In this document: piece by piece, positions 33,741-44,660 of the stretch
Numbering within the stretch: position 1 is the stretch's first letter
How the letters are laid out: each line of letters starts with the position of its first letter
Assembly (NCBI RefSeq): GCF_000142905.1
Contig: NW_013657665.1
Coordinates: forward strand, 124,001-188,000
Length of the DNA: 64,000 bases
Direction: 5' to 3'
From: Thecamonas trahens ATCC 50062
Lineage: Eukaryota; Protista; Apusomonadida
Translations under genes and position numbers: made by a program
The notes under the pieces: model-generated
The model's input: the letters and a program-made list of their open reading frames with translations, nothing else
Told to the model about the DNA's origin: nothing
The model's database searches: none

Positions 33741-33850
33741 ATACAAATATATATATGACAATGTAAATACAATTGAAGTTTTGAAATTCAATTATAGTGT
33801 GATAATTTGATATGTTTTTATTTATATATTTATATATAAGTAAATAGTTA
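33741..33850. other. AT-rich island (16 G+C in 110 nt by hand count, ~85% AT)
   Basis: Only such stretch in an otherwise very GC-rich window; intergenic. Confidence 0.9.
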
Positions 33851-34063
33851 CTGAGTAGTTTGCGTTTGGAAAGGCAGAACCGCCATGACCAGGCGTTGGA
33901 GGTCAAGTTTTTATCCTTGATCATGAATCTATCACCGTGACTCATATAACGGATCCGCTCTCCACCACCACTCCACCACCCCACCATCACCCAAGGCTAC
34001 TACCACCAAACGTGTTCGATGCTGCTCTATTGCTTATGTCAATACAAAGCCAAGTCTCCCATC

Positions 34064-35595
34064 TCAGCGCGCAGCGTGCGAGGCAAGGATGTACGAGACC
34101 GAGGCGGTGAGCTTCTTGGCAAAGCCAATATCAAAAGACTCGTCCGGACCGTGCGCGTTTGCCGAGCCGTCCAGCACACCAGCAACCATAAAGCCTGCGC
34201 TCGGGTAGCGCTCGCCGAGCATGCCCATAAAGGGAATGGACCAGCCCTCGCCGAGGAACATGGCGTCGTTGCCGTAGAAGGCGCGCGAGGCGCCGTGCAT
34301 GGCCTCGAGCTGCCAGGCCGGCTCCGGCGGGGCGTTCCAGCCCGAGCCGGCGTGATCGCCGTCGACAGTGACGACCGCACCATACGGCGGATCGCGGGTG
34401 AGCTCGTCGCGAATGTACTGCGCGGCAGCGGCCGAGTCAACGGTGGGCGGGAGGCGGAACGAGAGCTTGAGGGTCGTCGACGCGCGGAGAACGTTGCCGG
34501 CAACAGCTGACGGCGGGAGACCGTCGGCGCCGGTCACCGTCAGCGTCGGCTTCCACGTCTTAGCCAGGATGGCCTCAGTTGGATCTGTGGTCATCGGGCC
34601 GGCGCCGGAGACCCACGGGAAACAGCGCAGGACCGAGTCGCCGAGCGCAGCGCCGGCGGCCGCAGCCTGCTCCAGCCGAGCCGCCGGAATGTCGGCATGG
34701 AACGCCGCGCCGAGAACCTCACCGGTGACGGCGTTCTCCACGCGGTCAACGAGCTTGCGAGCGATGCGGAACGAGTCCGGGACAATGCCCGACGCCGCAC
34801 CCGAGTGCACACCGTCGTTGAGGATGCCGACGGTGAGGTTGACGTTGATGGCGCCGCGGAGCGAGGTGGTTGACCACAGGTGCTCTAGGTCGGACGCCCC
34901 CGAGTCGAGGCAGACCACAAAGTCGACGGCCCCGATGCGCTCCGAAAGCTGGTCGACGTAGTATGGGAGGTCGACCGACGAAGACTCCTCCGAAGCCTCG
35001 ACAAGAACCACGCACCGCGAGTGCGGAATGCCCTGCTCCTGCAGCGCCTTGATGGCGGTGACCGAGGCAAAGATGCCATAGCCATCGTCAGCACCGCCGC
35101 GACCAAAGAGACGCCCGTCGCGGACAACCGGCGTATGCGGGCCAAGGCCATCCGACCAGTCGTCGGTCATCGGCGGCTGCTTGTCGAGGTGTGCGTACAG
35201 GAGGACCGTCTCGCCCGACGCCACGCCCGGCGACGCGTCGATGGTGGCAAAGATGAGCGGCGTCCGACCCTCCTCCTTCACTACCTCCAGCGCAATGCCG
35301 GCCACATCCTGCTGCTTCACCCAATCAACCATCAACTCCACCGCCTGGTCCATGTACCCGTTGGTCGCCCACTCGGGGTCGTAGTCGGGCGACTGGTTGG
35401 GGATGCGGATGTAGTCCGACAGCGCAGGCAGGATGCTCTCATCCCACTTGGCCGTGCAGTACGCCAAAGCCTGGTCGCAGTTGATAGTACTGTGCGTGGA
35501 GGGGGGAGGGGGGGGGGGAGGTGAGGGGTTGGCTTGGCTGTCCTTGTCTCCGACCCAACTACTCCGGCTCTCTCCTTCCCACTCCTCAGCAAACC

Positions 35596-35652
<57 letters not shown>

Positions 35653-35666
35653 CGTGCGTACTTCAT
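34064..35666 (-). CDS. M20 family metallopeptidase (dipeptidase/DapE-like), two exons 35666..35662 + 35489..34064
   Basis: YAHLDKQP, GRGGADDG, EASEES, CLDSG, HSG, NAHGPDE. A 5-nt first exon (ATGAA) and a GTACGC...CAG intron give MNTINCDQALAY. Confidence 0.88.
35490..35661 (-). other. Spliceosomal intron (172 nt) containing a (TG)n microsatellite
   Basis: GTACGC donor, poly-C tract, CAG acceptor; frame restored. (CA)n at ~35598..35649 on the + strand. Confidence 0.8.
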
Positions 35667-35835
35667 TGTCCTTGCTTCTTACTCCTTTACTCAGTGCCAG
35701 AGAAGTGGTTGCCTGGATACCTGCATCCAAGCCAAACGCCCACCCAGGCATGTGACGTCGCCATGACCGTCGCGCCAGCCGGCTCGAGTCGCACGGCCAT
35801 CGCCGCAGCCTCTCTCCATACGCACTTGATTGCCA

Positions 35836-36756
35836 TTATGTGTGTGAAATGACTCGCGGCGAGGCGGAAACGTCGGTCGAGGTTCCAGCACCGGCAGGCG
35901 CCAGCCGCGACGCTGATGCCGCAGCCGCGACATCGCGCGACGGCTGGTTGGCGTCGACATCAAACGAGGCGTCAACATCGCCAGCATCGATTCGCGAGTG
36001 ATGCGGGAAGAAGAGCGGATGGTCGCCCACCACGTGCGGGAGGAGCGCCGAGAGCGCCGTGTACACAAACTCGTTGCCCTGCCGCGAGAGATGAAGGCCA
36101 TCGCGGAGAAAGTGCGACCAGTTGTCCGGCGACGACGAGAGCATGAGTTCGCAGAGGTTGAGCGCATGGACCGTACGGTGTGGTGCAACAGGCGCGGCCC
36201 ACTCGAGAGCCAGCTCATTGGCGACTGCCATCGCAGCTGCAGCGTACTCTTGCGCCATCTCAAGCGACCGCTCCGGCACGCCCGTCGCCTTCTTGCCGTA
36301 CTTTTCCACCTGGAACGCCAGCCGCTGCTCGCGATGAACCGGCGGGCAGCCGATGACAACCAGCGTCAGCGGAATGGCCGACCCATCGGCCCACGCCGCC
36401 ACCCGCAGGCAGATCTTCCGCAGGTTGGCCACAAATGCGTCGACAGGCACCGCCTGCCGGCTCCCGGGTGTCGATGCGTCATTGGCTCCAAAGAAGACCG
36501 TCACCACCGCCGACGAGTACAGGCCCCACGCCGACGCCGCCTGTGGCGCGTGCTTGACGGGGAACACTTTGTCTAGCGTCCGCACCGCCCACTCGGTGTT
36601 GTAGCCCGAGAAGCCGCGGTTGACAACGTCGCCGCGCCGCGTGAGCTGGGCAACCAGCCGCGCGCCCCACCCGCCGTTCTCGAACGCCTCTTGCGTGATC
36701 GAGTCCCCGAACGCCACCACCCGGCACAGCTGCGTCTCCCACTTCTCGTCCGCCAT
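35836..36756 (-). CDS. IAH1: SGNH/GDSL esterase, isoamyl acetate-hydrolysing esterase 1 homologue
   Basis: FGDSITQ, NRGFSGYNT, FFGANDA, DGLHLS. Start at MADEKW; the longer ORF extension reads into the repeat. Confidence 0.9.
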   Translation of the reverse strand: MADEKWETQLCRVVAFGDSITQEAFENGGWGARLVAQLTRRGDVVNRGFSGYNTEWAVRTLDKVFPVKHAPQAASAWGLYSSAVVTVFFGANDASTPGSRQAVPVDAFVANLRKICLRVAAWADGSAIPLTLVVIGCPPVHREQRLAFQVEKYGKKATGVPERSLEMAQEYAAAAMAVANELALEWAAPVAPHRTVHALNLCELMLSSSPDNWSHFLRDGLHLSRQGNEFVYTALSALLPHVVGDHPLFFPHHSRIDAGDVDASFDVDANQPSRDVAAAASASRLAPAGAGTSTDVSASPRVISHT

Positions 36757-36837
36757 CGTCTTGGCCTTGCGTGCGTGTAACCGAGTGACGTGCTGAGACC
36801 TCGCTTCTTTCGAGTGTGTGAGAATCCTTTTAGGTTG

Positions 36838-37649
36838 TTGTAGACTTTGAGTGTCCACGGACCAGCCAAATCGAATGGGCTTCCTGCAGGTCGGGAACCC
36901 TTCAGGCCCGACTAGCCGCAAGCTTCCCCGTGAGCCTCGTCGCACGCATGATGCGCTTGGGCTTGGGGCCTGACCTTGGGTAAATGTCAGGACATGGATC
37001 GGGCCGACGTGAGCGCGAGCCGGGCCGAGTAGGGGTCATCCGCCACCCTGCAGGGGTGCAGGGGCTAGTTATCCAGCAAGGGAGAGCGTCTCCCTCCTGC
37101 CTTGGGACAGTTGGGTCGGATCGCGTGGGGAGGGGTCGCGGGGGGAGGGGGGGGGAGAGTTGGGCGTTGCGGTATGGCATTGACAATATGGACGAGACAC
37201 AGCAGAGCCGTTGCGAGCTCCTGTGTTCCAGATCACGTGCTGGAGTTTTGTTGCAGGGAGTATAGCAGAAAGACACCATACAGGTGACTGCAGGGTGCCA
37301 TCTGCTGTGGGATTGCGCGCCGGCCAAACAGTGCGAAAACCACTGATCTCATAGCAGCGAGAAGACGACCGCCTCAGAACACATCCGCAAGTGATGCAAC
37401 CGTACAACTTGTTGGGTGTTCAACATCGACTGCAGCATACTATGGTCACTTGGAATCCATCACTGAGGCGTCGACGACCGACACTCCGTCTCATCGCACC
37501 CTCCAAGAGGCCATCCTATGTCCTGGTTGCAGCTCAGAACCACCGAGCATCCCGCGGCCCACCAGGGAGAGACTGGCAATGTGGATGATAATGCCGACAA
37601 CATGTGACGACACTGGTTGCCGTCGGCGGACCGACGGCTGAATGGACAC
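36838..37649 (+). mobile_element. Second copy of the Helitron-like dispersed element, lacking the copy-1 3' terminus
   Basis: Colinear with 5817..6592 in the same orientation. About 20 substitutions by eye, one ~33-nt indel near 36908 and one diverged patch near 37295..37330. Confidence 0.7.
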
Positions 37650-38391
37650 CTCCCCCGTCCCCCGTTGCAGGTGTGAGATAATGTGTGCGTGTGTGCTCCT
37701 GAGTCGATGAAGGGGGAGGGGCGGCCGATAGACGTCGCTGACTGTACTCGGACGACCGAGGTCGTTGGAGGCGCGCGCAGTTTCGGGTGCGACTAGATCG
37801 CTGGGCAGCCGGATGTGTTGAGTTTTACATTAGCTTGCCACAGCTGTAGTCGCTGCTGACCCGGCCCTCAAGGAGGGGGTGCGGCGGGAACAGAGGGGGA
37901 GGGGGGGAGGGGTGATTCTGGGTCATCCGAGCCCCTGGCGGCGGCTAGGTCGATGATGAGCCAGCTGGCGACGACTCTGCTGACGACGACCCCACCGCCG
38001 CCCGAGCCGGTGATCCATCGGGCGAGAGCGGAGGAGAGTCAGTTGCCAAGACGGTCTTCTCCCGCCCAAGGCACCACAAGCGAACGTTCTCCTTCGAGCT
38101 AAGCTCCTCAATGGCAACTGCCAAAGCCGACCTCGCCGACGAGGCATCGTCCACATTCACCAGGGTCTCGGTCACCTTTTTCCAGACCGTCCGATTGTCC
38201 TGCAATCGCAGGAGTGCAGCTTCATGACCCCACCCGCGCCCACAACGTCATCTTTCCCAACATCACCTCAATCGCCTCTCTTTGCTCTGCATCACCCACA
38301 CCGTTTCTTACCCGCCAGGCTGCCCTTCCGGCCACCTTCACACGCCACACCCCTCTCGCCCTCTCGCCACCCTCTACACACATCGTCACAC

Positions 38392-39348
38392 ATGACAAGA
38401 CCACCACCACGAAGCATACACCTGCTTTCCTTTGTCGCTCTCGCCTTTGCTCTCGCCTTCCTTCGTACGCTCTCCCGACACCCTCGTCCCCTCGTCCCCT
38501 CGTCCCCTCGTCCTCTTCTTACTCCGGCCACCCTCCCTACCACAGTCCCCGTCGTTGCTGCAACGTGCGGCAACGGAGCCATCGAAGCAGGGGAGACTTG
38601 CGACGATGGAAACACAACACCCGATGATGGGTGCGCCGCCAACTGCACTGCCGAGCCCGGGTGGACCTGCCCGCACCCCAACACCCGATGCCTTCCCAAC
38701 GCCTCGACGTTCGCCGGGCGGACCACGACAACTGTCGCCGTCCTCGTTCTCTTGGTCGCCATCTTTGCGCTCTGCTGCGGATGCTGTATGAAGTGGTGGG
38801 GCGGCGGTTCCGGTGGAGCAGAGTCGCGCCGCGCCGCTGCCAACCAGCGCGCCCTACAGGAGGCCCTGCTGGAGAACATGGAGGATCTGGCTGGCGAGCG
38901 TGATGTCGCTGATGACTACTCGTCCGATGATGACAACGATGACATTCGTGCCTCGCTCGCCATGCCCTCCGGCACCAACCTTGCTACCGGTGACGACACG
39001 GACTTTAGCGAGTACGGTATCCGCGATGTCGAGCCCGAGCTCCTCGAGGTTGGCGACCACACCGTTTTCCGCAAGGCACCCGTCGCCATTCGTTTCATCG
39101 GCGAAACAGAGTTTGGCGAGGGCGAGTGGGTTGGCGTTGAGCTCCTCAAGGGCAAGGGCAAGCACGACGGCCGTGTCCAGGGCCGCCGCTACTTTTCTTG
39201 CGATCGCCCAGGCAAGGTTGCCCTCTTCTGCCGACGCAGCGCCCTCGGCCTCAAGCGCAAGAAGGACAAGGACCGCGCCGCAAAACGTGCCGCAGAGCAC
39301 CGCCCACGTTCATCCCATCGCGCCACCCGCCACGCCTCGCGTCGCTAG
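38392..39348 (+). CDS. Type I membrane protein: signal peptide, Myxococcus-type Cys-rich repeat, TM helix, cytoplasmic CAP-Gly domain; probable in-frame intron 38465..38545
   Basis: CGNGAIEAGETCDDGNTTPDDGCAANC; TM VAVLVLLVAIFALCCGCC; IRFIGETEFGEGEWVGVEL..GKGKHDGRVQGRRYFSC. Removing the 81-nt GTACGC...CAG intron gives a clean signal peptide. Confidence 0.85.
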   Translation: MTRPPPRSIHLLSFVALAFALAFLRTLSRHPRPLVPSSPRPLLTPATLPTTVPVVAATCGNGAIEAGETCDDGNTTPDDGCAANCTAEPGWTCPHPNTRCLPNASTFAGRTTTTVAVLVLLVAIFALCCGCCMKWWGGGSGGAESRRAAANQRALQEALLENMEDLAGERDVADDYSSDDDNDDIRASLAMPSGTNLATGDDTDFSEYGIRDVEPELLEVGDHTVFRKAPVAIRFIGETEFGEGEWVGVELLKGKGKHDGRVQGRRYFSCDRPGKVALFCRRSALGLKRKKDKDRAAKRAAEHRPRSSHRATRHASRR

Positions 39349-39491
39349 TACATACAACTACCCCTCCCCCATCCATCGCCTACCTGCCGTCAGCGCCGCG
39401 CAACGCGGCACGGCACGCGCAACACTGATCGAAACTTCCACAGAGCTCTCTCGTCCCGGCGCAGACTCCGACAGGCACGTCGCCCACCTCC

Positions 39492-42400
39492 ATGCCACGC
39501 CTCAACTTGGATGGCTGCCTGGGCAGGGCGCCCGAGTACGACCCGGCCGAACCCTACCCCACCTTCTACTTGGCCGAGCTCATCGTTGCCCATCCCAAGA
39601 AGCTCATGGCTGCCGTCATGGCCTTCTGCCTTCTCGTCAGTTTTGTCACCATGGCAGTCCATCCCATCAACATCGTCACTGCAGGAGACACCTTCCGGTA
39701 CGGCCCGCCTCCCTCCTCCTCCCTCCCTCTCCCCCCCCCCCCGGTGCAGTCCCTTCCTCACGACTCACAACCACCCCCTCCCTCCCTCGTGCAGTGTTCG
39801 TGACACCCGCGTCGCCGAGTTCCAGGACGGCGTGGTAGAGGCCATTGCCGGCACCGACTTTGGAGAGCAAAAAGCTGAGGACTCGGCCCAGGCGCCCCGC
39901 TCTCAGGTCCACGATCCGCTCGTCCTTGTCTTTGAAGCCACCGGCGCTGCTTCCATCTACGACGAAATCGAGACCATTCGCATGTTTGAAGACGCTGTGC
40001 TCGGGTTCGGCACCTTTGACGACTTTTGCTACTCGCTCGCCACCGGGCCCGAGGCTCCCGCTCACCGCCCATGCGCCCGGCCGTACTCGATCACTTCGTA
40101 CTTTTACCCGGAGCTCCTGCCGTCGCCGCCGCTTGGCCAGTCGTTTGCAAACGATACTTGCCTTCCGCAGCTTGCGCCGTCGTTCTCGATCTGCAACGGG
40201 AACGGATCCAACGTCCGCCCGCTGCTCAATGTCTCGACCACGCTCACCACCGTCGACGCGCGGTTCCCCGGCCAGCTCGATGAGTTTGTGCCTCCTTACT
40301 TTGATCCTGCCGCTCAACGCATCGCCTCGCCGCACACAAAGTCGGTCATCTCGTTTGGCTACCCGCTCGCCGGCTTCCGAAACGCTGATGACAACGTCGA
40401 CGCCCAGGCCAAGGCCTACTCCAAGTTTATCGACGCGCTTGAGCCATTCCTCGACTCGCTCGGCTCGCCCAACTTAGAAGTGTACTACACCAACACGCTT
40501 CTGCTTTCTAAGCAGTTTGACAAGATCCTGGCCACTGATGCCATCTTTGTCGTCATGGCGATTGTCTTTGTTCTCATCTACATGTGGTTCCACTCGCGCT
40601 CGCTCTTCCTCGCCGGCCTTGGCATGCTCCACATTGTCATCTCTTTCCCCATGGCTTACTTTGTCTACCGTGTCATTCTCGGCGAGGAGTTCTTCCCCTT
40701 CCTCCTCTTCCTTGGCATCTACGTCGTCCTCGGCGTCGGCGCCGACGACGTTTTCATCTTCCTCGACGCATGGAAGCAGTCGGCCTTCATCCCCGGCGTC
40801 AATGCCTCGCTCGCCACCCGCATGGCTTGGACATACCGCCGCTCCGCACGCGCCATGCTCATCACCTCGGTCACCACCTCGGTTGCCTTTTCGCCAACGC
40901 CATCTCGCGCATTGCCCCCATTCGTGTCTTTGGCCTCTTTGTCGGCCTCCTCATTCTCCTCAACTTCATCCTTTGCATCACTTGGTTCCCCTGTGTTGTA
41001 GTCGTCTGGACACAGTACATTGAGCCGCGCTCGTGGCCGACGGTATGCATACATTGCTGGACGTGCAAGCTGACCAAGGGCGACGACGACGATGCTGACA
41101 CTGCCGTCGACTCTGATCCCAATGCAGCCCATGTTCGCAACGCAGACATCACCCTTGGGCCTATGCCGCAGGCCTCGCACTCAGCGTCGGCTTCATCCTC
41201 CCCGTCGTCTTCGGCGTCGTCCTCCTCTTCGTCCTCGGCCTCTTCTTCTTCGTCGTCGTCAGGCTCGGGCTCCGGATCCTACGTTTCCGTTGCCGACGAG
41301 CAGCAGGAAGATTTGGAGCAAGCCGCGCCGTTGGCGCTGGACTCGGGTTCCGGCTCGTACTCGAGTTGCTACAGCAGCTCGGCATCGTCCAAGTCAAAGC
41401 CTGTGCCAGCTCAGCCGGCCGCAAGCTTGACGAGCCCAAGCACCTCGACCTCCGCGCACCGATCCACGTCGACGGCTGCTGCTGCAGCGCTTGCGGATGC
41501 ATCAGCGTCCGAGCCAGAGCTGGTGCCGTTCTGCTGGGGCAAGTGCCTAACGCCCAAGCACCTCGAGCACGCGCGTGCCACGGAGAAGTTCTTTGGCGGA
41601 CCCTACACCGAGTGGGCCTACCGCCTCCGCTACGGCATCCTCGCCGTCTTCCTCATTCTCATGATAGTCTTCATCGTGGTTGGTACTCAGCTGGCACCGG
41701 CCAAGGAGCCGGCCAAGTTCCTCGCCGACGACCATCCGCTCCAGCGCATGTTCACCATTTTGCAGTCGGGCTTTAAGCGCCAGGCTGAGGTTGTCAAGAT
41801 TGCTCTTGCCTGGGGCGTGGCAGGCATCGACCGGGCCGGCACCGATCCCAACCGTCCAGGCGACCAGGGCGTTGTACGCTGGGACGAGGCCTTCGACGGC
41901 ACCTCGGTTGCTGCCCAAAACCACATCCTCTCTGTCTGCACCCAGGCCCGTGCCGAGCCGTCAGTCCTCCGCCGCGAGGTCTTCTGCCCAATGGAGGGCC
42001 TGCGCGACTTTCGCCGTGACCGCGGTGAGGCCTTCCCCATCGCCGACAAGGCCGAGTTCCTTGGCGCGCTCCGCAACTACACCCTTTCCAAAGAGTCCGA
42101 GTTTAAGAGCGGTGACAACGCGGGCTTTGACGGGTGGCGGTTTGGCCGCAAGGACACCGTCGGCTTTGATTCCGTCTCGGGCGACCTGCGCCTGTTCATG
42201 ATCCTGGTCAACACCACCATGTCGCCCGAGGCGACCGCCAAGGCCGTCGAGCCGATCTACGACAGCTGGGAGGCGTTTATGGTTCGCGTCAACGCCGGCG
42301 CACCCCCGGGCGTCTCCCACGGTGTCCAGACCACAGGAAAGTGGGTCCGCATGGCCACCGAGTTTGAGCTGGTCTCGGCCGTTTTTGTCGGCTTTGCCGT

Positions 42401-42926
42401 CTCGCTCGCAGTCTCTTACGTCGTCATCATCCTCGCCACCCAAAACATCTGGCTCGCCTCCATCACCATCTTTGCCATCACATGGGTCGTCTCTGCCATT
42501 GTAGCCATCATGGTTTGGCTTGGCTGGTCGCTCGGCATCATCGAAGCCATCTGCCTCGTCCTCATTGTCGGGCTCTCGGTCGACTACTCGCTCCATCTTG
42601 CTGTCCACTACAACGAGTCGCACGCGTCAAGCCGCAAGGAGCGCGTCCGCGAGGCCCTTGCCGACCTCGGCATCTCGGTCTTTTCCGCTTCGCTCACCAC
42701 TATGGGATCTGCTTTCTTCATGACCTTCTCCCAGCTGCTCTTCTTTGTTGTTTTTGGCCTCTTTATCCTCATGGTCGTCCTCTTCTCGCTCGTCTCCGCC
42801 TTTGGCCTCCTCATCGCCCTCCTCAACATTGCTGGACCCATCGGCGACTGCGGCAACATCTTCAAGCCAAAAACGTGCTGTACCTGCCGCGAGGAGCCGG
42901 CCCCGCCATCTTTGGGTGAGCCCTGA
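39492..42926 (+). CDS. Dispatched/Patched-family RND transporter with sterol-sensing domain; intron 39698..39794, frame break at ~40890
   Basis: GVGADDVFIF and GLSVDYSLH TM4/TM10 motifs, AMLITSVTTSVAF-(F)ANAIS junction, two luminal loops, Ser-rich cytoplasmic loop. Confidence 0.88.
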
Positions 42927-43094
42927 GTGAGTAAACGCCGTGCTCGACTGCGCGTCGCCCCGAAAACGCGTGCAGCCCGAGTGAGTCACAGGTGCAGCGG
43001 CAGGTTGTGACTGTGGTGTCACTCCACCGCTCGCCCCCACCCCTACGGCCACCCACACAGTCTTGTCCTACACGTCCTCCGTAGCCGTCACCAC

Positions 43095-44584
43095 ATGCGA
43101 ACGAGCGTGTCCCCCTCGTGCTCTCCTTGGTCCTTGCTTGCGCGTTGGCGTGCTCGGCATGTACCCGCCTCCCGCTCTCGCGCCCAACCGCAGCCTTTCC
43201 ACCGCCGCCACCACCGCCTGCACCGCTTGCTCTGGCGAGCTGGATGCGCGACCTCGGCCCGCTGGTGGGGAATGCGCGGGTTCTGGACCTGGTCTTTCCG
43301 GGGACCCACGACACGCTCACCGCCGACCTCTCGGATCGCATCGCCGATAACGCCAACGACATCTCGCCGAGGCTCGCCAAGATCCTGCATGATCTCGCAC
43401 CGCAAGAGCTCATTGGAAGCTTTATCCGCGATCAGGCGACATCGCAAGCGCTGTATGTGACCGAGCTGCTGCAGGCCGGGACTCGGTTCTTTGACTTTCG
43501 TATCACCTACACCAAAGGCCCGCACCTCGGCGAGCCGTATGACTGGTACGGCCTACACTTTGTGGAAACAAAGGCCAAGGCCCTCACCTACCTCAAAACC
43601 ATTATCGATTGGCTTAACTCTCCCGAGGGTGTCGATGAGATCGTTGTGGTCTGGTTCTCGCGGCATGGCGACACCTGCGAGACAGGGACCAATCAGTATC
43701 CGGGCGTGTCGGTCGCCGAGAAGCAGGCGTTTTGGGCGTCCATCAAGTCGGTCATCGGCCCGCTCCTCATCAACGCCTCGGACATGCCACCCAACGCTAC
43801 ATCAGTCGACACCTGCCGCGATGCTGGCCAGCGGGTCCTTGTCTACACCTCGGACTGGAAAGAGTTTACTGGGAGCGACCCTGCACCGCTCAATGCTTGC
43901 CGTCACATTGCCAACCTGCACAACGGTGACTTTCTTAACGAGACCATCGGCTACCGCGAACAGCTCGATGCCTACCGGGGCTATGCCGAACAGCGCCAGA
44001 TCGACGCTGCCACCAACATCTTTTCGCTCGTCCGCCTCGCCGTCTCTTCACCCGACTTTCAAATCGAGGCCGCCGCCAAGTTGCGATACATCCCGTTCGG
44101 CCATGCCGAGGTCCGGGCCAAGTGCGCGAGCGGGTTCAACCTCCCCAACGTCACCGAGTGGTGCCCCGAGACGCTGTTGGACCTCACTCAGCTTGCCAAC
44201 TACTATTCGCAGCTCACGCTCGAGATCGCGCACAACAGCCCGGGCTACGCCTTTCCCAACGCGTTCTATGTCGACGCAGTGACCAGCACCGGCAGCATCC
44301 GCACCGGTACCACGCCGCTCAACCAGCCGCCGGGTCCTCAGCCGCACGCTCTCTCCGAATACGCGTACGTCGCCACGGTTGTCGACTGGTTCCGTGCCTG
44401 GCGATGCAGCACCGCGTCCGCGCTGCCGGATGTCTCATCTGGCCAGTCCATTGCCGACTTGTGCGCCTCTGCCGGTGCCGCGCTCGCCACTCTCCGCGCT
44501 GCCGCGCCCATCCAGACATGGTCCGATCCTGCCAGTGGCCGCCTTGACGGCTGGCCTGCGCCTGGCCGTCTGCCTGGTCACTGA
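43095..44584 (+). CDS. Secreted PI-PLC X-domain (PLC-like phosphodiesterase) protein; start uncertain
   Basis: WMRDL, FPGTHD, LQAGTRFFDFRI, EIVVVWFS. The signal peptide is in frame with ATG 43095 only after +1 nt near the C5 run 43111..43115. Confidence 0.82.
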
Positions 44585-44660
44585 CAGTCGCTGACATTGA
44601 CACGCTCAGCTACCATTGAAGACCTTCACAAGCCACAGCCCTCTCTCAGCTCGTTTCGCC

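Noticed and set aside
10419-35661. Two introns of identical length (172 nt) as an introner family
   Set aside because: No internal sequence similarity beyond the donor; treated as coincidence.
22908-42926. Calling the KDM5, SFI1 and Dispatched-like genes pseudogenes
   Set aside because: Each has a single clear internal lesion with all conserved motifs intact, which does not fit decay.
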